Shown one piece after another: positions 45,745-50,889 of a DNA stretch of 50,889 nt. This DNA comes from a virus (taxonomy: Duplodnaviria; Caudoviricetes), in the IMG/VR virus record IMGVR_UViG_3300020034_000026, positions 1 to 50,889 of that record. One strand, given 5' to 3'. The number at the start of each line of letters is the position of its first letter. The stretch's first letter is position 1. The notes beneath the pieces are model-generated. The model saw only the letters and a program-made list of their open reading frames with translations. It made no database searches and was not told the DNA's origin. Made by a program: the position numbers and the translations under genes.

Positions 45745-48700
45745 TTACCATCCAAATGCGGTCAACGAATTGGCTGCATTGTCGATAGCTTCTGCAGCGG
45801 CACCGGTGAATACCCATTGCCGCAGACAGAAAGCAACAGGACTGGTTCCCGTACCCCCACCGATACCCTTGAAAGAACCATCGGTCACAGTGGCATTGTA
45901 AGTGCCTGTGATGGTCTCATAGGGAGTACGTACTCTAACTCTTCCAGCCGTACGATTGTACGCAGCAAGGATAGGAAGAACATGACGCCTATGATCCACA
46001 AGTCCGTCCGTCGTCACTCCTGCGCAGTTGATACGTAGGATTCCTGTCGATTGTACAGCGACCCAAAGCGGTGTTCCTGAAGTAGCACCGATGACATAGA
46101 ACTCCCGCGCGGCACCAGCACTAATAAACTGCCACCATCCATAGAAAGCAACACTGGTAGAGTTGGGGTTGTAGAGAGCTTGATTGGAGAAGATGAATCT
46201 CTGAGTTGCTACCTCAGTGAATCCCACCCCATTCTCGGCCCACCCAATAATGTCATTGACAAAGGTGGGGCTAGCGTTTGCGTCCAGAGTTGCCGCGCCT
46301 ACCACAGGGGCCAGGGGCGTGGAGGCATCCTGCATCAACCATCCAGCGGTCGGCGAGGGGAGCGCAGGGTCGGCTCCGGTGAACTCTGCAGCTGTGGCGG
46401 GGATGACCCCGGTGCCCCAGTTGCCAGCCTCGCGCGTGTACACGGTACGGCTCTTGAAGGCCCCCGTGAGCCGGCGCGCGGTCGATCCATCGGGCGCGGA
46501 AAACGGCGGGTCTGAGTCCGCCGAGTAGATGTAGTCGCCGACGGTACCGAGTCCCTGTCCTCCACCAATCTGAATGATGGGGGCTACGGCAATACCATCG
46601 ATGCCAGTACCATCACCCGTGTTCCCACAGATGAATGGTACACGCGGCAAGGCACCAAATCCTCCGATACCGCCAAGCTTCACCTTTCCGCTAGTGATGC
46701 CACGATAGTGATTGAAAGTAATCTGAAGCCCCTCGATGCCGAATGTACTAGACACCGATAGACCATTGACTAGTACGCCTGGGCCACGATTGACGATCAG
46801 ATTGCCCTGAAACAGAACGTTGTCTGATCGAATACTGTTGGCATTGATGATGACAGACTGAGGAATCGATCCACTCGTGTGCCTATGCGTGAACTCGTTG
46901 CCCTGAACCATCAGCTCGGGAACGTTTTCAAAGTTGGCGCATGGAGCGATCCCGAACTGCTCAATCTTGTTTCCCTGAAACTGAACCTGCGCAGGATTCG
47001 ATCCACCTGTAGCAGCAATCAGGACTGCCTCATTGTCTGTGTCACTCACCGGTCGCGTGATGGTGTTGCCACGGAAAATGAGCTTGTTGAAAGTAGACCG
47101 GAACGACACTACAGGCTGGTTGTGGTTACTCGGAGGCTCAATGATGTTGTCCTCAAACAACATGTTGCTGCAGTCGAGTGCGTCAATACATCCTGCAACG
47201 CGGTTGCGCGCAAAGATGAACGAGGAGTTTGGATGGGTGTTATTGAGCCCGGTAAGAGTGACAGCAATAGTTCCTGCTGTACTTTCGATGATGTTGTCGC
47301 AGATGATCGATCGACGCGGTGATGTATTCTCTGGATTCGATCCACCCGTGGGCTCATGGTCAATTGCCTGGTCTCCAGTGTTACGGAATCGATTTCCGAT
47401 AATCATATAGTCGTCAACATTGCGCTGCAGACCAATACCGCTTCGATTGCAGTAGTTAAAGTCACAGTGAGCAATGAGGATGTTGACAACACCACCAATG
47501 ACATCTCCACCGACGGCATGAAAACGCCACGTCACCCCACCATCGTTGATAGAACTACCAGTCCCCGTAGGAGCGGTGACCCCTGTCGTGCCAGCAGACA
47601 AAGCTTCATAGACATTTCCCGCGTTGGTGCGGTAGCCACCGAGTCCAACGACGCTCCCTGTGGTCCATGCCACGGGATGCCCCAAGGGCGCACCAACCAT
47701 CTGAATGGCATCACCAGGACTATTGTAGAACCAGCAGTTGGTGATGCTAACACCATCGACCAAACCTAGATCCGTGCTGTTCCCGCCGAACCGGAGATTG
47801 TGAGTTTGTTCCTCGATGTTGGTGAGATTGGCAACGTTGCCATCAAATGCCATGTCTCGGAAACTGATTCGAGAACAGTTGCCATGGACATAGACTCCAT
47901 ACCAAGTTCCGTCACCACCATCACCAGTCATTTTGATGATGGAACCGGGGCCTTCACCTACGATCTCGAAATCGTGGACGTTGTGAAGAATGACCGCTCC
48001 AAGGTCTTCCGCACGAGGAGTGAGATAGACACCTTTGGGAATAAAGATTCCCCGGAGACCATTGGCTTTGGCGAAATCAATAGCAGCCTGAATCGCTGCA
48101 AGGTCATCCGTTGCCCCATCGCCCACCGCTCCGCCAGCGTAGGCCACGTCTCTGATGTTGGCGTGGGTCCCCGCCCCACCCCCTCCGCTCCCCGGGGGCC
48201 CGGGCTCCCCTGGTTCGCCTGGGTCCCCCTGCTCTCCCTGCGGTCCTTCGAGCCCAACCACGTCGATCCAGTCGGGCACCCCAGCAGTCAACGAAAGGAT
48301 CTGTCCGTTGGACCCAGGAGCTAGGCGAGTGACTCGGCCAGCGCCATTTGCATACCAAACGGTGCCGGATGCAGCCCCTGCCAGCTGCCCTAGATCCGTC
48401 TTCTCATTCGTAGTCGGGATACGGGGGACTGCTGCCTCGAACAGAGATAGAGCAGCCTTCTCCCCGGTGGTCGGAAGCCTTGCATCAACATCTCTGATGA
48501 GTTGATCTTGCTCGATGTCCCATCCAGTGAATTGGAGGCTCTCTCCTCTACCAGGAATCCTCCTCCCATTTGGAAGTAGAACAGCAATAGCTCCCTGCGT
48601 ACTCTTGAATCTTGTGGCATCAGATGGATCCGTTTCGAATGATGACTCTTCTCCTTCACCATCACTAAAGGTGTACTTGAGAAGATAGGTCCCTGATACG

Positions 48701-48930
48701 TCAAGCGGGAACGTTGCCGAGGCAGATGTACTACCAGTCAAGACAGAAGATGACCCCGGGGGACGAACCAGGGCCCACTGCCGAGTCCCTGCACCTGCGT
48801 TGCTTGGGTCGGTTGCCGTCGCTGTAACTGAACCACCTGCGATCAGCGAGGCAGGGAACGCGCGGGACTGCCCACCGATGCCGGCACTCTGGCCAGCAAC
48901 GTCAAGCTTGATCGTGATTGGATTGGCCAT
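45745..48930 (-). CDS. Tailspike/receptor-binding protein: Ig-like N-terminus, collagen-like G-X-Y linker, pectate-lyase-like beta-helix, C-terminal lectin-like domain
   Basis: GPQGEQGDPGEPGEPGPPG; GAVGDGATDDLAAIQAAID...IFIPKGVY; repeated I.GN beta-helix rungs. Start MANPIT at 48930. Confidence 0.8.
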   Translation of the reverse strand: MANPITIKLDVAGQSAGIGGQSRAFPASLIAGGSVTATATDPSNAGAGTRQWALVRPPGSSSVLTGSTSASATFPLDVSGTYLLKYTFSDGEGEESSFETDPSDATRFKSTQGAIAVLLPNGRRIPGRGESLQFTGWDIEQDQLIRDVDARLPTTGEKAALSLFEAAVPRIPTTNEKTDLGQLAGAASGTVWYANGAGRVTRLAPGSNGQILSLTAGVPDWIDVVGLEGPQGEQGDPGEPGEPGPPGSGGGGAGTHANIRDVAYAGGAVGDGATDDLAAIQAAIDFAKANGLRGIFIPKGVYLTPRAEDLGAVILHNVHDFEIVGEGPGSIIKMTGDGGDGTWYGVYVHGNCSRISFRDMAFDGNVANLTNIEEQTHNLRFGGNSTDLGLVDGVSITNCWFYNSPGDAIQMVGAPLGHPVAWTTGSVVGLGGYRTNAGNVYEALSAGTTGVTAPTGTGSSINDGGVTWRFHAVGGDVIGGVVNILIAHCDFNYCNRSGIGLQRNVDDYMIIGNRFRNTGDQAIDHEPTGGSNPENTSPRRSIICDNIIESTAGTIAVTLTGLNNTHPNSSFIFARNRVAGCIDALDCSNMLFEDNIIEPPSNHNQPVVSFRSTFNKLIFRGNTITRPVSDTDNEAVLIAATGGSNPAQVQFQGNKIEQFGIAPCANFENVPELMVQGNEFTHRHTSGSIPQSVIINANSIRSDNVLFQGNLIVNRGPGVLVNGLSVSSTFGIEGLQITFNHYRGITSGKVKLGGIGGFGALPRVPFICGNTGDGTGIDGIAVAPIIQIGGGQGLGTVGDYIYSADSDPPFSAPDGSTARRLTGAFKSRTVYTREAGNWGTGVIPATAAEFTGADPALPSPTAGWLMQDASTPLAPVVGAATLDANASPTFVNDIIGWAENGVGFTEVATQRFIFSNQALYNPNSTSVAFYGWWQFISAGAAREFYVIGATSGTPLWVAVQSTGILRINCAGVTTDGLVDHRRHVLPILAAYNRTAGRVRVRTPYETITGTYNATVTDGSFKGIGGGTGTSPVAFCLRQWVFTGAAAEAIDNAANSLTAFGW

Positions 48931-48931
48931 C

Positions 48932-50269
48932 TTATGGAGTCCCATCGGTTGCGATGACAATAATGCGGCTACTATCATACAGAGCTAGTTGCCGCAAACT
49001 CATTGGTAGAACAGCGGTACCCGCAGGACTAGGGGAAAATCCAACTCGAACATCAGTGACATTCAGAACTCCCTGAACCTTAAATGCTTGTCCTGAGATT
49101 GCGCTAGGGACAACATCCCGTCCAGACTCTTGGTTATCCCCGTAGTCAATGATGGCCCTCACCACAGCCGCACTGCCTGGGTATACTCGTCTATCCTTTT
49201 GCAAGGCAACACTGATGTAAACAGGTATCTCAGTAGGACGAGTATGGAAGATGTCTTGTACCGTTCCTTCACTGTCGATGATGGTGCCGGCTATACTTCC
49301 GAAAGTTGGGATACCACCAGAGACACAAGCCCAGAGAGTATCTCTGATATCTTGGTCCACCCCTCCACGTACGAGCGCCTCTACGGAATGGGGTGGTAGA
49401 CCAAAGGCATCATAGTAGTCTGTTGAATTCTTGAAGACGCTAGCAGCGATCACTCCAGGTAGGCGAAGCAGTCGTGCACGGATCGCATCAGGAGGGGAAG
49501 TCCCCTTCCCTGCAGTCTCTTGACCACGACGGATGCGTAAACTTTCGTTCGATTCCTTCGATCGCCCCAAGTCTGCATCTAGAAGATTCCGAACGCTCTG
49601 CAGACCACCAACGGCAGTCACAATTTCATTGATAGTGTTGGCTAACCCAAGAATGGCATCTAGCTCAACAGACTCTATCGGGGTATCGATGACAGCCGTT
49701 CCCTCACCGATGTACCTCCACGATACCGATCCATCGACGACCACAGGGAGGTCCGTCGTAGGCCCCCCGCTGGCTGCACTCACTCCATCGAAGAGTGCTT
49801 GGTAGACACGCGACGCATTAGTGACTCTGTCACCTTGGCTGTATCCAGTGCTGGCTATCCATGCAGTAGCAGCGACCAGCGTAATTGCCCCTATGGTCTG
49901 AAATTCTTTGCCAGTGACTTCGACAGCAAACTTGGTTCGGATAGGAACTACTGTTCCGGGGCTACCGGTGAGAGTCTCTATCACAGTCGATGGGGTGGGC
50001 AGTCTTGGCTCAGTCCCAGTGATAGCCGAGACCTGAACCAAAGACTCATCCACTGCTGCATCAGGATCAGCCGATGCGTTGACTGCCTGCCCAAACTGGC
50101 AGAGCAAAGCAAGACGTTCAGAGAAGATAGAGATCAGGTGGCCCACCAGACTCTTGTCTTCCAGAGCTTCTACTGGAATGGACAGAACTCCAGCTATACT
50201 ACTCCTCAGTCCTGCAGCTATCTCTTCCTGAGTCTCGATAACCAACCCTTGGGGAGTAAGAGCAATCAT
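48932..50269 (-). CDS. Baseplate J-like protein with inserted CBM-like module
   Basis: LTPQGL...DPDAA...GRSKESNESLRIRR...GLPPHSVEALVRGG...GIPTFG. Confidence 0.85.
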   Translation of the reverse strand: MIALTPQGLVIETQEEIAAGLRSSIAGVLSIPVEALEDKSLVGHLISIFSERLALLCQFGQAVNASADPDAAVDESLVQVSAITGTEPRLPTPSTVIETLTGSPGTVVPIRTKFAVEVTGKEFQTIGAITLVAATAWIASTGYSQGDRVTNASRVYQALFDGVSAASGGPTTDLPVVVDGSVSWRYIGEGTAVIDTPIESVELDAILGLANTINEIVTAVGGLQSVRNLLDADLGRSKESNESLRIRRGQETAGKGTSPPDAIRARLLRLPGVIAASVFKNSTDYYDAFGLPPHSVEALVRGGVDQDIRDTLWACVSGGIPTFGSIAGTIIDSEGTVQDIFHTRPTEIPVYISVALQKDRRVYPGSAAVVRAIIDYGDNQESGRDVVPSAISGQAFKVQGVLNVTDVRVGFSPSPAGTAVLPMSLRQLALYDSSRIIVIATDGTP

Positions 50270-50641
50270 CTAGATACTCCTTTGGAAGTTGACTTTACCG
50301 AGTTCAGTGATAGCTACTATGTCAACGTCAAGTTTGCGTGTGCTTGTATTGAAATTGACAGTGAGTTTGTCGATGCCAGTGACGGCAAGACTTGTAAGAG
50401 TTGCATCTCGAAAGATAGACAGTGCTCGAACCTGCCTGAACTTGTGGCCCAGCAACTCCTGAAAGTAGGGAACACCCTGCTCTAGATTGTTGAACCATTC
50501 CCCAAGAAACGTGGAGATGGAGATATCCAGAAGTTGGCGAACACCAATGGATCCGAGAGCAAAATGCAACTGCCCCCCTGTGGTATCCAAGTCCCCATCA
50601 CTCTCAGAGAGCAGGATATCGAGTCTATCATTCTCAGTCAT
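50270..50641 (-). CDS. Baseplate wedge/sheath initiator (gp25-like)
   Basis: Q.L.I....FLGEWF.N...GVPY motif; between spike and J genes. Confidence 0.7.
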   Translation of the reverse strand: MTENDRLDILLSESDGDLDTTGGQLHFALGSIGVRQLLDISISTFLGEWFNNLEQGVPYFQELLGHKFRQVRALSIFRDATLTSLAVTGIDKLTVNFNTSTRKLDVDIVAITELGKVNFQRSI

Positions 50642-50645
50642 GTAT

Positions 50646-50889
50646 CTATCGTACCTTTGCAATGGTAGACAGATAGCTAGCGTTACCAGCCTTGAAGGTA
50701 GTAATGACCGCTCGTAACGCAGTGGCTGCAGGACCCCCGCCCGGGATCGCTGCGATGGCCGTGGCGATGGCGTCCAGCACCAAGTTCTCGGCCGCGCGGT
50801 ACGCCGGCGCGAGGATGGTGGGCTGGGCCCCCGCCCCTCCTACACGGATCTCGGTGGCGGAGTACTCAACCACAGGGCCCCCGTCCATC
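50646..50889 (-). CDS. Baseplate spike protein, C-terminal part
   Basis: In frame with 1..410 when the ends are joined (…VGLR|MDGGPVVEYSATEIRVGG…YLSTIAKVR). Confidence 0.7.
   Translation of the reverse strand, partial: MDGGPVVEYSATEIRVGGAGAQPTILAPAYRAAENLVLDAIATAIAAIPGGGPAATALRAVITTFKAGNASYLSTIAKVR

Larger units (their letters stand above)
69..50877. repeat. Genome-wide dispersed motif ACCACAGGG(G)/(C)CCCTGTGGT, 44 copies by eye
   Basis: Starts at 69, 2485, 4289, 5352, 6059, 7190, 7308, 7636, 8285, 9507, 12937, 13479, 14270, 14737, 16192, 17264, 20005, 20589, 24468, 26669, 26896, 27076, 31120, 31534, 31897, 34363, 35801, 35899, 37454, 37761, 37816, 39006, 41060, 41551, 42860, 43836, 44343, 44779, 45647, 46301, 47656, 49740, 50575, 50869. 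Confidence 0.95.

Noticed and set aside
44206-48930. Diversity-generating retroelement or invertible tail-fibre system
   Set aside because: No reverse transcriptase, invertase or template/variable repeat pair seen.
69-50877. Motif as Chi/KOPS site, stoperator or protein-level PVV repeat
   Set aside because: It occurs in both orientations within single operons, is mostly intragenic and uses at least five reading contexts. The resemblance to eukaryotic RUNX (TGTGGT) sites is likely coincidental.
1-50889. Stop-codon reassignment, tRNAs, integrase/att site
   Set aside because: Genes are intact under the standard code with TAG used as a stop; no cloverleaf or recombinase motifs recognised by eye.

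Overview
The window looks like a complete or nearly complete ~50.9 kb tailed dsDNA phage genome with a contractile (myovirus-type) tail. It is opened inside the baseplate spike gene, whose two ends join in frame when circularised. The minus strand (1-19 kb and 41.9-50.9 kb) carries terminase, portal, MuF/gp7, DUF2213 protease, DUF2184 capsid, neck, DUF3383 sheath, DUF3277 tube, chaperone, tape measure, baseplate and tailspike genes. The centre holds small early/regulatory genes, a putative origin and a primase-helicase. A plus-strand block (31-41.7 kb) encodes a UDG-fused family A polymerase, PD-(D/E)XK nuclease, Sak4-like ATPase, SSB-like protein, VRR-NUC, SNF2 helicase, a MazG fusion and an amidase endolysin. 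I saw no integrase, tRNA or CRISPR array. The strongest unexplained signal is a non-palindromic motif, ACCACAGGG(G): 44 copies counted by eye versus under 1 expected. It lies in both orientations and several reading frames, mostly inside genes, often within short recurring GC-rich patches. Other notable items are an exact 30-bp antisense copy of terL between direct repeats in the early region, a MuF protein with an HExxH extension next to a convergent promoter-driven small gene, an unannotated RHH gene with candidate operators, and a -1 frameshift in the tail chaperone. All family calls come from motif recognition and synteny, not database searches.
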